A stretch of DNA of 57,405 nt, the filler included, from Thelocarpon superellum (Eukaryota), in NCBI GenBank assembly GCA_026025795.1. It is 3 parts of 3 records of this genome, joined end to end, with 100 filler letters (N's around TTAATTAATTAA, not from the genome) between each part and the next. Parts side by side here need not be neighbours in the genome. Positions count along the whole stretch, not along the records: positions 38,405 to 57,405 come from JAPEUG010000352.1; 2 more parts are not named here. One strand, written 5' to 3'. The translations under genes were made by a program, and so were the position numbers. Under the pieces are notes generated by a model, which searched no databases, had not been told where the DNA came from, and was given only the letters and a program-made list of their open reading frames with translations. This document shows positions 44,166-56,325 of this stretch, piece by piece. How positions within the stretch are numbered: the stretch's first letter is position 1; every line of letters starts with the position of its first letter.

Positions 44166-47100
44166 ATGGCGGATTGGAGGGATCGCGGGTATGTCCTGGA
44201 CTCCGACGACGAGGAGATCGATGACAATGTGGCAACGGAAAGCCCCCCTACGTTGGACCGAGCCGACGAAGCGGGGCCGGAGTATCGTCATATCGATCTC
44301 TTTGCGGCCGATCCTAATCCCGATGGCCCTGAGCTCGCTGTTCCGGCAGACGTTGAGCTCGTCGTCGGCCAGCCGCCCTTCCCGCACAAAGCCGGGGATG
44401 ACGGCGTCCATGATCAAGAGGGAGGATCGGCCAATGTACAGCCTGAAGGCGAGTCAATGCGAGCCCGAAGTGCACGCCAGTCCCAAGACAGGGCTACTCC
44501 GGCCCCGCGTTTGTCGTCCGTCTCGATCTCGGTTTCCTCCCCACTGTCCACACCGCTCTCTTCGCCCTTGACGGAGCTGTCCGTCTCGCCGCCCAATGTC
44601 TCGCCGGCCCACCAACGTGTCTATGAACCGGACCCAGCGCCTTCGGTGTCTGACTTGGCCCGCGAGGTACACCGTACTCTCAACCACTCCCTGCGAAGGC
44701 GGAACCCCATCCAACTTCATCCCTATCTGGTGGAGAGCGAGCGTTATCGGCAATCTCTCAAGGCAAGCGGCGTCCAGCCCCTCCGCTTCATCCACGCGAC
44801 GCCATCCGCCGACGTCCCCCATCGTTCCATCTCGCCGGAGTATGTCCAAGAAGAGGGCACACAGCCAAGGGACGCGGCGCTCGACTACGCCCACCTGTCT
44901 TCCTCGTCCCCTCTGTCCAGCCAGACTCGTGCCCGGATCGACGATGAAAGCGATGAGTTTCCCGATATCGACACTCTATTCAATCGTCCGGCCGGAGAGG
45001 CTGTCCAAACGGGCTTCAAGCGACGGAAGACCGCCCACAATGACTCTCACAGGCCTCGTCCGTCTGCTTCGGGCAGAGATGGTCTGTCCACTGAGTCAGT
45101 GGAGCAGGCCACACCCGAAAACGATGAGATGGCGGACGACCCCGTCTTTTCGAAGGAACTGAATCCATTACCCTCTCACTTCCAGATGCCGAGAGGATTG
45201 TCCCCGGTTCGGCGGAATCTATTGCCGGCTGAGGCACCTTCTCATCGAACCACTCCAGACGAACAACGCTTTCACGAATCCAGCAGTGAGCCAGAGGTTA
45301 TACCTCGCCCACGACGCAATGAGCTGCGGGCCGCTTCGTCATCCTCTACCTCAGAAGAGGACGAATTCGCCGAGCTTCGACATGTGAAGAGACGCATCAA
45401 AGGAGTGCTCCCTGCTTCATGGCTCAAGCTGGATCTCAAGAAGCAAGCTCCCGCCAATACTAGCCCTGGACGCCGAGCCTTGCCACAGCCACATGCTGCC
45501 GCCGTTGACGTTCGACGGGGTGTCGCCCAACGCCGCAGGTCATCCGCCGCGCACGACTTGACCCGTGGAACCACGCGTCCCCCTTTGCTACTCTCGGACG
45601 AGTCGGAAAGCGACGGGGGAAGGGACTTACGCCGCTCCAGCCCGATAGACGAGCGGTCAGATCCAACCATGCTGTCGTGGTCTGCCGAGGTCGAGGAAGA
45701 TAATCGAGTGGACGACATGATCACGTCTGGACCACGTCAACGCTTTCACCGCTCGAAAGGGGCACGACGAAAGGCCCATCGCCCGCGACAGGCAACTCTC
45801 CTCGACTATGAGCCCCGTCAACGAGCAAAACGCCCCGCACAAGACCCTCGCGCATGGCCTTCGGACTCGGATGATGAGTCTCGATCGGATCCTCGCATTC
45901 GGCTCCGGAAGGAGATCAAACGCGGTCCCACGAAACGCGCAGCGCCTCGTCTAAGCATCTTAGACGTCGCCAAATCGACGAACTTGCCTCGGTTCATCCG
46001 CATCGCACAGCGCCAGGCACGGTCTCGGCCTGATCGAGGTAGACAGAGTCCGACTCAGAAGCATTTTCGACTGGCCGAAAGGCAGGATACGGAAGAGGTC
46101 CAGCGAGTCTTGCGTGATTGGCGTCAGGGCACTATCCCTCCAAAGGCGAACCTCGACCCCCTTCCCGCGCCTCGCCCTCCGCGTCAGCCCCTTTCTCCTC
46201 GCTCGAGTAACGATGCGCGTCTGTCAAAGGGCTCCCGGACTGCTCCCGTCCGGCCCGGCCCGGCCAATCTGCATCAACCTAGCGGCCCAAGCCGACAAAC
46301 TAAGATGGACGATGTAGTTGAGCGCCACGAGGTCGGACCCCATCCACTGCCCACCTCCCAGAAGAGAGCCCGGAAACGATCGTTCACGAGCACGTCAGCA
46401 TTCATTTCGCCTCTCCCAAAACCATATCCCACCTTTCGACCGGCTCAATTGGAGTCTACCACATCGCGATATCGGACCCGACCTGGTCCTGGTGTGTTTG
46501 GTCGACGACTGGCCGTCTTCGATCGTCTCTATGAGCAGCAGCAACTCTCCGCTGTGCCGACTAAGGCAACATATCCTGTGCGACGATTCCTCGCCGACAA
46601 CGAGTCTGCTGTAGTTCCTCCCTCCGCCCCCCCATCATCTCCCCCGCAATCTGTGCCACCTCTGGACCCCCTTATGGTAAACAGCGTTCGTCGCCTACGG
46701 AAACGAGCACCTCGGCGGCTCGATGCGGAGGCCAAGGAGTTTCGCCAAGAGCAAGATGGCGTCATTCTCGTCGACGACCTCCCCAGCCCGTCGCCCACGA
46801 GCACAGCGCCCGCAGCGCCGGTCATTCAAAATCTCGGACCGTTTGGAACGACTTATACCGTCTCCTTTGATGTCACGCCACTACCTGCTGGCACATTCTT
46901 TCATGACAGCACCTTCCTGGGCAGCGGTTCACTATCTCGAGCTCTCGCCATGACGTCCCGCAGATCATTCGACAATCCTGCGGGCACGGCCTTCTTCCAC
47001 CTCGGGTCCGAGACCCTTCGATGGGGTTCATGGGATGCCTCTGTCTCGTCTTCCTTTGGGTACGCTATGGACTGGGCATGGCATCAATTGGAGCAGGTTG

Positions 47101-50100
47101 TAGACGTGTCGGGTTCCATCCACCCAGTCGCCGATGGGCAAGCGACGACGCAACTTCGCCGTTGGTGGCGCTTCCTGATCGGATACATCTCGGACACGGT
47201 GCATTTCTCGGATACGAATGATAGTCTGTCCTTTGCACAAGCACTGGGCCGTCGTCTGGAGCGCATCGCAGATGAACTTCCCGCGCTTCTACCTCCTGAT
47301 GGACCTGGTATCCGCGAGGTGCCCGTGGTGCGTGAGGTAGCTATCACCACGTTGATGTTTGCCCTTGTCCTTGCGATGCAGCTGCGACAATTGGGAGATG
47401 CAGAAATGCTGGGTGTGACTGCAACCAGAGACCTGTCTCCTCGATTGGCTCGGACGCTGCTGTGCTACCTCAAGGTCATTGGATGTGCCCCTTTGCGATC
47501 GTTCTATGATCGTCAACAGCGCCATGGACCACGCGAGGCCGGCATTCGTGACGACGACTATGTGGTTGAAGCCTGGGTAACCATTCGCTGCGTGATGGAT
47601 GCTGCCAAAACGCCCTTCTGGGACCTGGTTGATGGGATCATTCTTGCCAGGCCTGGTGCCCACGACACCGATGCCCGTGGCTTTGAGCGTACTTGGTACG
47701 ATCTTTTCACGCTCCTTCCGCTCTTTGAGCTGGACGCCAGCGGTCTATTGCAACGCGGCCTCCGCTTTCGCGCGTCGCTGGATCACTGGGCCGTGCCGCG
47801 GCGCTTGTGTCAACGATTGTTTGCCATCTACCAGGACAACCCCAAACGACAGCCGGTCACATTTACGGCCTACTTCCGGGCCGTCTTCAACCGATGCAAT
47901 CACCTCATCACGTCTTGGGGCTGGCGACACTGCGAGTCCATCGTTGGCACACTTTTCGACTTCTTTGCCTCCAATCATCTAGCCCATCTGCGACATGAAG
48001 AGGCTCGAGGTTCTCCTCGGTTCCTTGAGGATCTCGACCAGGTCAAGACGTTGGACCCGGCGCCTAGCGATCCCTGTTTTCATCTACTGCTCAAGATCAT
48101 CGGGACCGGAATCCGAGTGATGCGTGGGATCTACTCAGAGAAGAAGATACGGAACATTGTCTTCCGCCTGATCCCCAACCATGGACGCCAGTACCCTAAG
48201 GAAGAGGATGTGCGACAGGATGACCTCGACTCGCTGCGAAACCATCATGATCTCCTCTGTGTGCTCTACTGGGCCGCTCCGCTATCATGCCGGCCGTCGG
48301 TGAACATTATCCGTGACCTCGTTGACGCGGCTTCATCGCATCGAGAGGCATGTCATCTCAGCATTCGAGCCTGGTCGCACTTAGTACGCTTTCAGCTGTC
48401 GACAACGGAGCCAGTCTCATCGCTGGCGCCATTCGCGGAATGGCATGGCACGCTCATGACCGAGGCGCTGCAGCAACGCCGTCTGGCGCGCCCAGAAGCG
48501 CAGCGTCATTTTGCGACGGCAACTCGGCCAGGCAGGATACTCTCGGTTCAGCTGCTGGAGTCGACTATCGACAATAATCAGCGTCAGGTTGAGGCGGTGT
48601 TGAGGGATGCCCTGACGTCGATGCAGCTGGCGCTGACCCGTGCGTCATCTACGGAGCATGCCACGGCGCTGTTAGACTCGGCCTCGACCGGTGATGTCTT
48701 TGCCTTGATGGATGCTCGTTCACGACGCGCCAACCACCTGGTCATTCAGGCGCTTGAGGTTCTTCGTGCATGCGTCCGAGTCTGGTTGCGAGCAACGGCG
48801 CCAATGGCCGTCAACGCCAGCGATGACAGTCAGGATTATGGAGATTGGACGGCTCTTGAGAACATTGCTCCCAGTTCCCCGATGTCCGACACCTCGAAGA
48901 TGGCGCTTGAGCACCTGAACGCTATGGTCTATGATCCTCTCGCACGTCTGGTTTCCAACGCATTTGGGTCGGATGTCTACCCGGATACGGGGGTGCTTGA
49001 TGTCACGGTCCAGACGTGGGCCAGCATGGCTGTACTTCTCGTTGGACGGGGCTACAAGGTAGTTCTTTGACGTGACAACTACGGCGCAGTGTATTGACTT
49101 TGTTAGCAATGGGATGACTATCTTGGGTCGCATCATCGCGATTCATGGACTTCTCTTCGATCGACCGATCAGGCTCGACAGTATGGGATTCTCTTCCTGT
49201 CGGAAGCCATCCAAGGAGACCCTCACTGCTTCGAGGTAAGGCACCTGCTAACGGTACGTTCGTTGCTGACAGTCCAGACGCACAAATCCTCCATTCTCTC
49301 GCAATGGATCAAAAGTCTTGTGGAGCGGTCCGAGATGATCAAGTTTCAGCATCTCTTGATGAGCGCGCTCCTCAACCTCGGCGGCGACGAAGCCTTGTTC
49401 CGTAATCTACCTTTCTGGATGACCAGCGATCGAGTCTTTCGCATCAGCCTGCAAGACTTTGAGGCGCGGCGACTCTCTTTGATCTCAAGCGTGTTGGCCA
49501 ACATGCGCGACACGGTGGATGAGATGACGCAGGACCAACCACATCGTGCCACGGAGGTCCGACAGGAGTATGGTAGGCATGTCAAGGGACTGATGGCGGC
49601 GATGAAGAGCAACTTCCAGGAGATTCCGCCCGGCGATCGAGCCAGCCAGGAGTATGCCGAGTTTGCGCAGCAGGTGGTTGAGCTCCTGCAGCAGCATACC
49701 GTGGATCTGTGTCCCGTCGACAAGTTCTTCACGGATTCCTCGGCCTTTCCGCTCCCTGTGTCCGACCCGTCGTACGTAGTCGGTCGACTTCGACATTATG
49801 GTCACCGACTCTCGGGTGCACGCATCCACAAGCAGCTGGTGAGCTTCATCCAGTCCGTTTCGGAACGAGCGGCAGTGGATCAGCAACAGGGGTACTTGGT
49901 CGGTCAACTCCGTACGGCCATGTCCGACACGTTTGAGAGTGGCGACGCCAGTCAGCCAACGCTCCGGACCTTTTTCGCGCAGGCCATCTTCCCGGCGTAT
50001 CTCGAACTGGCCATTTCTACGCCGACAGGCTGGATCATGGGCATGCCAATTGTCGAAGCCGTTGGCGCGATGTTGGCCGATGTGATGCCGGATCTTGACG

Positions 50101-50819
50101 GGATGAACGAGGGAAGCGCGCGGTCAATTGGAGAAATGCTTGCGACGACGATACATAAAAGTCGAGGGGGAGTAGAGGGAGTCGCTTCTCGGGGAAAGAT
50201 TCTGGAGCAGGCGTCTACGATACGCCTTGTATCGCTCATTTACGAGATGCTCATGGCGGCCCTTCCTCTACTCGACTACCTCCTTCGGATCTCAAGCGAG
50301 CGAGAACTCGAGAAGACGGTGTCTGACGTGGCAGCGTTACGGGGGATGGCCGAGGTGATTCTCACGCAGCTATCTCCACCTTCTACCGCGTCAGACACGC
50401 CCGACGCGCCCTCCCGTCCGGTCAACCCCACCGCACCCTCAACCTCATCCTCATCTTCATCGTCCTTTGGCCCCATACGCCAATTCGCAAGCGACGCCCT
50501 CCGAGAAAGCCTACAGAGCACGTGGGTGCGGCACCACCCTAACGGGGAGGGGTGGACAGGGGAGGGGACCGAATACTACCTGCTCCAACGAGGCGGCAAC
50601 ATGCGCAAGGCGATACGAACGGGTGAGCTGGTGGGGGGGATGGACGACGAAAAGAAGAGGTTGGGGGTGGCATTACGCAGGTTTGAACGGCTGGTGAACG
50701 AGCTTCCTTCCTTTCTGTCTCTTCTTCCCGGTGAAGACAGTGGAGGAAGAAGAGGGGGACGGAGGAGGGGGTGGAGTGGACGTGGGGAGGGATTGAAGGG
50801 GCGTGTGCCTATCATCTGA
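44166..50819 (+). CDS. MMS22: Mus7/Mms22-family DNA repair protein (3 exons)
   Basis: MADWRDRGYVLDSDDE, SLRRRNPIQLHPY, RRIKGVLPASWL, FFHDSTFLGSG, PNHGRQYPKE and DSLRNHHDLLCVLYWA. Confidence 0.9.
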
Positions 50820-50973
50820 TGCGTGTGGGTCAGGAGAACGGTGAAAGAGGGAGTGAGTGAGCGAGCGCATCAGTGGTTTGGTACGCTATACCAGACGATG
50901 CCACGCCACGCTGCAGGTTACCAAACCAACGACGGTATGTACGTATGATGGAGGGAAAGAATCAGGGGATGTT

Positions 50974-52596
50974 TCAACCCTCTGCCGTGGCTGTTGCAGT
51001 CGTGGTGGCAGTAGCAGTCGTAGTCGTACCGCCATTGACCGTGGAGGAAGTCATGGTCATGGTCAAAGCAGAAACAGGGGTGGAAGGCGAAGCGGAAGCG
51101 GACGAAGCAGAGCGCGCATGCGAGTGCGATTGAGACGAGGTCGGAGCGGGTGTAGGCGAGGCGGGCCCGCTACTGCTCAGTCTTAGCACTTTCTTCAGCG
51201 CGTTTAGTCTTCCTTTTGCTCCCCCTCCCCCTCCCCCTCCCCCTCGACCACTTCCAGTAGGGTTGGGGGTGAGACCGCCACCGTCCCTCTCATCAACCCC
51301 GTCCATCATCTCCCTCACACCACCACCATCAATCCCGGTGCTTGGCCGCCTCCGCCGCTTCGCAAACGACGGCTCCATCTCCGTCGGTTTCGGAGGCCAC
51401 GCGTCATCGGCCTTCCACCCCTGAACGATGGCGGCCGTCATGTCGGCCAGGTTGATGGGTACAGTGGGCGTCAGGGACTTGGTCACTAGTTTGTGGTAGA
51501 GGGCCGTGTATGTCGCTGGTCCGATCGGGGCGCGGATTGGATGTGTGCGGGGCAGGATGGGCGGGTGGATCGGGAGAAGCGTTGTCAAGTCTTTTTCGGG
51601 ACTGGCTCTTGCCGCCGAAGAGGGGGAGAAGGGTGTGGAGGCGGCATTGGACATGGACAAGTCTCTCGTCACACCGCCGGTCCACGCGTCACGCTGGGCA
51701 ACCCAGTGTCTCAGTGCGCGATTCCATTTCATTTCGGCCTCGAGCGCCTTTCGCCGTTTCTGGCGCCGCGTGCGTGCTTTCCGACTCGTGATGGTGGCCG
51801 CGTTGATCGCGTCGGGTGTTTCGTAGAGATATGCGGGGGACACGGGGCCGTGCTCGTATGCTGCGTAGTGGTGGGCGTGGTTGTGACGATGGTTCCCGGG
51901 GGGTGGTGAGGGCGAGTGGGATAGTGAGGGCGTGGAGGACGTGCTGGAATAGCTTCGCGGCACGTGTGGTAGGTCGACTTCTGCCGCGGCTTCGTCGACG
52001 TCGTCTTCGCGCTTGGGGAGTCCATTGTCCGCTGCTGGCCGGTCCGTGATCGCCGCATCGTCCATGGCGACATCCTCGTCCTGCCGAGCTCCACCCCGAG
52101 ACCCATTCGTCTCCGCCCGAATTCCGCTCTGCGCGATATCCTCCACCCAGATGAAACGCCAATCGTTCTTTACTCTCCGCGCGATATCGCGCCGTGCACT
52201 CTGCGCCAGCTTCGTGCGCTCCGCAACGGACATGTTGGCTTCGGCTGTGGAAATGGCGGAGCTATTCGCCAGGTAGCGCAGGCGCTGCGAGGTCAGGGAT
52301 GCAGCGTTCATTGCAGGAGGTGCGAGGTAGGAGACATGGCATGGGTTGATGATGCCGTCGCTGCGGGGCTCGTTCTGTGGTGTCGTCCTGTCCTGTTGTG
52401 GCTGTACTCGTACGTAACGGTTCTCGGTATAGATGTGCTGGTGGTTGTGGCTGTGGTTGTGGCTGTGGCTGTGGTTGTGGTTGTGGATGTGAATGGGAGT
52501 AGGCATGCGAATGGGAATGTAGAGGGAGGTGTATGCGTTGGAATGTACGGTGATGTCAGGATGCCTCGACCATATTCCTTTGTCGTTGTGCCGCAC
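50974..52596 (-). CDS. DUF4050 (Gag1-like clamp) protein; start uncertain
   Basis: EMKWNRALRHWVAQRDAWTG and YHKLVTKSLTPTVPINLADMTAAIVQGWKADDAWPPKP, with low-complexity flanks. Confidence 0.75.
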   Translation of the reverse strand: MRHNDKGIWSRHPDITVHSNAYTSLYIPIRMPTPIHIHNHNHSHSHNHSHNHQHIYTENRYVRVQPQQDRTTPQNEPRSDGIINPCHVSYLAPPAMNAASLTSQRLRYLANSSAISTAEANMSVAERTKLAQSARRDIARRVKNDWRFIWVEDIAQSGIRAETNGSRGGARQDEDVAMDDAAITDRPAADNGLPKREDDVDEAAAEVDLPHVPRSYSSTSSTPSLSHSPSPPPGNHRHNHAHHYAAYEHGPVSPAYLYETPDAINAATITSRKARTRRQKRRKALEAEMKWNRALRHWVAQRDAWTGGVTRDLSMSNAASTPFSPSSAARASPEKDLTTLLPIHPPILPRTHPIRAPIGPATYTALYHKLVTKSLTPTVPINLADMTAAIVQGWKADDAWPPKPTEMEPSFAKRRRRPSTGIDGGGVREMMDGVDERDGGGLTPNPTGSGRGGGGGGGGAKGRLNALKKVLRLSSSGPASPTPAPTSSQSHSHARSASSASASPSTPVSALTMTMTSSTVNGGTTTTATATTTATATAEG

Positions 52597-53896
52597 TGGC
52601 GCCGCTACGGTCCTCTAGGTTGGTGGGGTGGGAAGATACTGCGGAAGATCACTCAGCTATAGAGGGGCTCCGTCTTGAAAGTTACCCACAACCCCGCAAC
52701 GTAACTCGTCCATCACACGCTGGACATCCAAGTCCGGCGATTGCGGGTCTTCGCTTCGTCTCCCAGCTGACTACTGCGGTCCCCTACTTCCATCTCTTGG
52801 GGTCCATCCACTTCCGCCTCGGTCCCTGCGGCCGTGGCTGCATTCGCTCCTCGCATATTCGTCGGTCGGTGGCGTCGCTTACGTGCTGCTTGCGTGCTAC
52901 TTGCGTACTTCGTCCTTCTGCTTCCGATTCCGCCGTCCGCCGTATCGTAGGCGTATGCCGACGCCATCCCGCCTTAACCGACGGACTAGGCATCCGATTG
53001 GACCCGGAGAGCACCTTGGTCGCATCGGCTGATCGCGTGACTCTTCACCGTCTTTGGACGAGATCTTCAGGTCAACCAAGCTAAGTGTATCGTTGGACGT
53101 CGCTGCCCCCGGCCCCTCGATGCTCCTCTACCTCGGCGTCACTGACATGTGTGTGCTCTTGTGGAGTATTTTGGGACAACGTCGTCGTCGTGTTCGTGTT
53201 CAACTTCTCATCCTCGCCCCGAGTCGAAACGCTGCGAGGCCGCCCTTATTCGCTCAGAAGCATCCGCGTTGTCTTCAGTACCGGTAGTATGGTTGGTGGC
53301 CACGGCTTCAAGCTGCAGGAAGAAACAGCATCCACCAAGACAAGAGGCTCCGAGCTGATCCGATCGGTTCAAACCAGCGATCGATGCGTCACATCCCGCT
53401 TGAACCATTGATGACCTCGCGGTGGTCGTCATCACCCGTTGCTTGGACAAAGGTCGTTTTGGGGGCAGTCGTCAAAGCACAACAGCCCAGTTGTAGTATA
53501 GCACCAACTTGGAGGATAGGGATCTGTTGAGCTTGTAGAGGGCCTGTTCGCGTCCTCGATGGCAGCACTTGTTACGCTCATGGGCGGCACACCCTATCAT
53601 TATCCTTCGGGGTTGAATCACCGTGGTCGTGATCCGGACTTGTTCGTCGTCCTGCCCCAAGGCTCGGCCACGAAAAACTTGGCTGTCAAAGGCTTAACAA
53701 GAGACTTGGGTTTCGTCCAACGGCAGCGTCATCATGATCGACAATTGTCTAATGGTTGTTCTCTCGCATCAGTTTATGTTTATCATCAACGCAACCTCAT
53801 TTCTCCACCTTAGACTTCGATGACAGCCTTTGCCTCCCATGCGTCTGATCGACTAGGGTCAAGTCGAGTTGTCGTCGTGACTTGCTCTTCTCAACA

Positions 53897-55795
53897 TCAC
53901 TCGTTGCTCTCATGTTCCTCCTTCTTTTCCTCCATTTCCACCACCTTCAACGCAGCCTCTTCCTTGCCGACCTCCACCAGGTCGAGGTCCTCGAACCCAA
54001 TCTTCTTCAGAATACTCCCAATCAGATATCGGTATCGTTGGTGAGACGACACGAGATCGCTGACGTCGACATCTTCCACGCCTGGCACGCCCTCGATCGG
54101 CTGTAGTCCCGCAATGCCGTATTGAATGCTGCTGGTCCGATACAGAAAGCCCAAGACGTAGTCGTTGACCGAGTACACGTTGACCAGCCGTCCGGCCACG
54201 ACGCTGCGCATCACGCGCCAGTCCGTGGCGGTGCTGGGCGCGGGAGCGCCGATGAGGATGACGGACTCAACCAGACCAAATGCACGACGTGCCGCCAGGT
54301 TCATCAGACACGAGTAGATGACACGCGCGCCCAGAGAATACCCCAGGAGCGTCACGGGCCGTTCGCCTTGCGCCTTGTTGATCAGTGCGTCCGCCAGCAC
54401 CATGCCCGCCTTGTCGCTGCGACTCTTGGCCACGCTAAACGGGTTGTCCACGATCCGGCTGACCTTCAACAGGCCAATCGGCCACAGGGCCGCCGTCAGA
54501 CTGGCAAAGATGGTCCGTTTGATGATCTCGCTCTTCGCGTAGCCCCATGCGGCGCTCTTGACCAACGCGGTGAGTGAGTTGCCCAGCTTCAGCAACGCGT
54601 CCAGCTCCCACCGAAGGGCAAACACCTCTCGTCCCGTCCCGAGGACGCGCCACGGAGACACCACTTCTTCCTTCTCCGTGAGCCACCCACTGATCCCAAC
54701 GGACACGCGTAGCCGGCGGTCGGCAGGGGAAGGGGTGGTGGATGAGCCACGCACGGGGACAAAGGCAAAATCCTCAACCTCACGGGCATATTGGTCCATC
54801 ATTTGTCCCGTCATCCGACCGCCGTAGGCCCCAAAGAGACTGCCCACGAGCACCCCGCTGCTGGCCAGCGTGCCGAGATAGCCCGCGGCCGCGGTGGCCC
54901 CCAAGCCCAGGCCACCCATGACCCCGCCGATGCCGGCCGCGAGCAGAGGCGCCGCGAGACCACCCGTGACCCCGATGATGGCCGCACCCGCGACCGACGC
55001 CAGACCAACCTTCCACCGGCGCGCGCTCTTGTTCGCCTCGGACCGCTGCTGCGTCTCAGCCTCGCCCGACATGTGCTTGGCCGCCTCGAGCAGCCCATGC
55101 GCCACCTGGGCTTCGTCGTCCGCCAGCAGACGAGGGGAGAGATGGAGTGACGTGGTGAGGTAGATCAGTAGAACCCGAGAATGGGCCAGGTAATGCTCGA
55201 GCGAGAGCAAGAGCAAGAGCACCGAATGGAGGATCAGCACTCGCTTCTCCTTGGCCAACGAGGCTAATGGCGTGGAGATGGGGGGATAGAGGGCAATGAG
55301 AGCGCTTTCCAGCGTCTCGTCATCTTTATGGGCGTCATGCACGCTTCCTCCTGGTGCACTGTCCTGTCGGCTGGCTTGCTCGTGCTGCTTGTTGGCCGTC
55401 TCTCGCGAATTGACCACTTCGCCCACGCGCGAGATGACCGAGTCACTCCATTGGTCAAAGAAGTGCAGACACGACCCCTTCAATTCTTGCAGCTTGGGCG
55501 CCGAGAGCTCGACTCGTCGTCGCTCTTCCGCTTTGCCGGCGGCCTCCTGTTCCTCAGCCGAGAGCGGGCTGGTCTCGACATTGGGATTGAGACCTGCTTC
55601 ATCCCCCAACTTGGTCGTCGTATCTTGTTTGAGCTTGGACGCGTCAAAGTTGGCCTCGATGGCCTGCCGCATCGTCTGCGTGGCATTGGCCAGAAGCACC
55701 GTCAGTTCCGCCCGCTGATCCGTATCGAGCAGGGTCGTGAGGTCTTCCTCGTCGTCATGAGTCTGTTCGAGTTTGTGAGACTTGAAGAATTCCAT
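53897..55795 (-). CDS. DUF726/TMCO4-like (Mil1-like) alpha/beta-hydrolase-fold membrane protein
   Basis: KVGLASVAGAAIIGVTGGLAAP, IVDNPFSVA, QGERPVTLLGYSLGARVI, SVVAGRLVNVYS and DYVLGFLYR. Confidence 0.9.
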   Translation of the reverse strand: MEFFKSHKLEQTHDDEEDLTTLLDTDQRAELTVLLANATQTMRQAIEANFDASKLKQDTTTKLGDEAGLNPNVETSPLSAEEQEAAGKAEERRRVELSAPKLQELKGSCLHFFDQWSDSVISRVGEVVNSRETANKQHEQASRQDSAPGGSVHDAHKDDETLESALIALYPPISTPLASLAKEKRVLILHSVLLLLLSLEHYLAHSRVLLIYLTTSLHLSPRLLADDEAQVAHGLLEAAKHMSGEAETQQRSEANKSARRWKVGLASVAGAAIIGVTGGLAAPLLAAGIGGVMGGLGLGATAAAGYLGTLASSGVLVGSLFGAYGGRMTGQMMDQYAREVEDFAFVPVRGSSTTPSPADRRLRVSVGISGWLTEKEEVVSPWRVLGTGREVFALRWELDALLKLGNSLTALVKSAAWGYAKSEIIKRTIFASLTAALWPIGLLKVSRIVDNPFSVAKSRSDKAGMVLADALINKAQGERPVTLLGYSLGARVIYSCLMNLAARRAFGLVESVILIGAPAPSTATDWRVMRSVVAGRLVNVYSVNDYVLGFLYRTSSIQYGIAGLQPIEGVPGVEDVDVSDLVSSHQRYRYLIGSILKKIGFEDLDLVEVGKEEAALKVVEMEEKKEEHESNE

Positions 55796-56325
55796 CGTGG
55801 TAAGATGAAGATCAATATGGGGAGAAAACTCCACGGCGGGGCCAGAGAGGGGTCACCATGGCATGAGACAAACACGACGGATGGTCGAGTCGTACCGCAT
55901 CATCTTGGAGTAATCCTGCCCGCCAGTGACGTCGTCAGCCAGGAAGTGAATCGCTGACTAAGAAAGTGGCCAAGAGCCCAGGGGCCAATACCAGGGGGCC
56001 CTCCCTGGCACCATTACTCCCATACGACCCCCAGGGGCCCAGCAGACGCAAAGTACGAATGACCATGTTCTACCGCGCGATTTTAGAGTGGAGAGCAAAT
56101 GGTGAGCTTGTTACAACATACTGTCGCGCAGCGCTGCATGAGCTGTAGGATCTCACCCTGAACAGACGCTTAGGATCTCTTGCTTCAGAGGAGTGGTGGT
56201 AACACCGAAAAATGCGTCGCCCTCCTACGGGACAAATCATTTCAAGCCCCAGTATAAAGCTAGATCAAGGGCTACAAGCAAGCAGAGGAAAACATAGACA
56301 CAAGTCTGTAGGTCTATAGCAGGAT

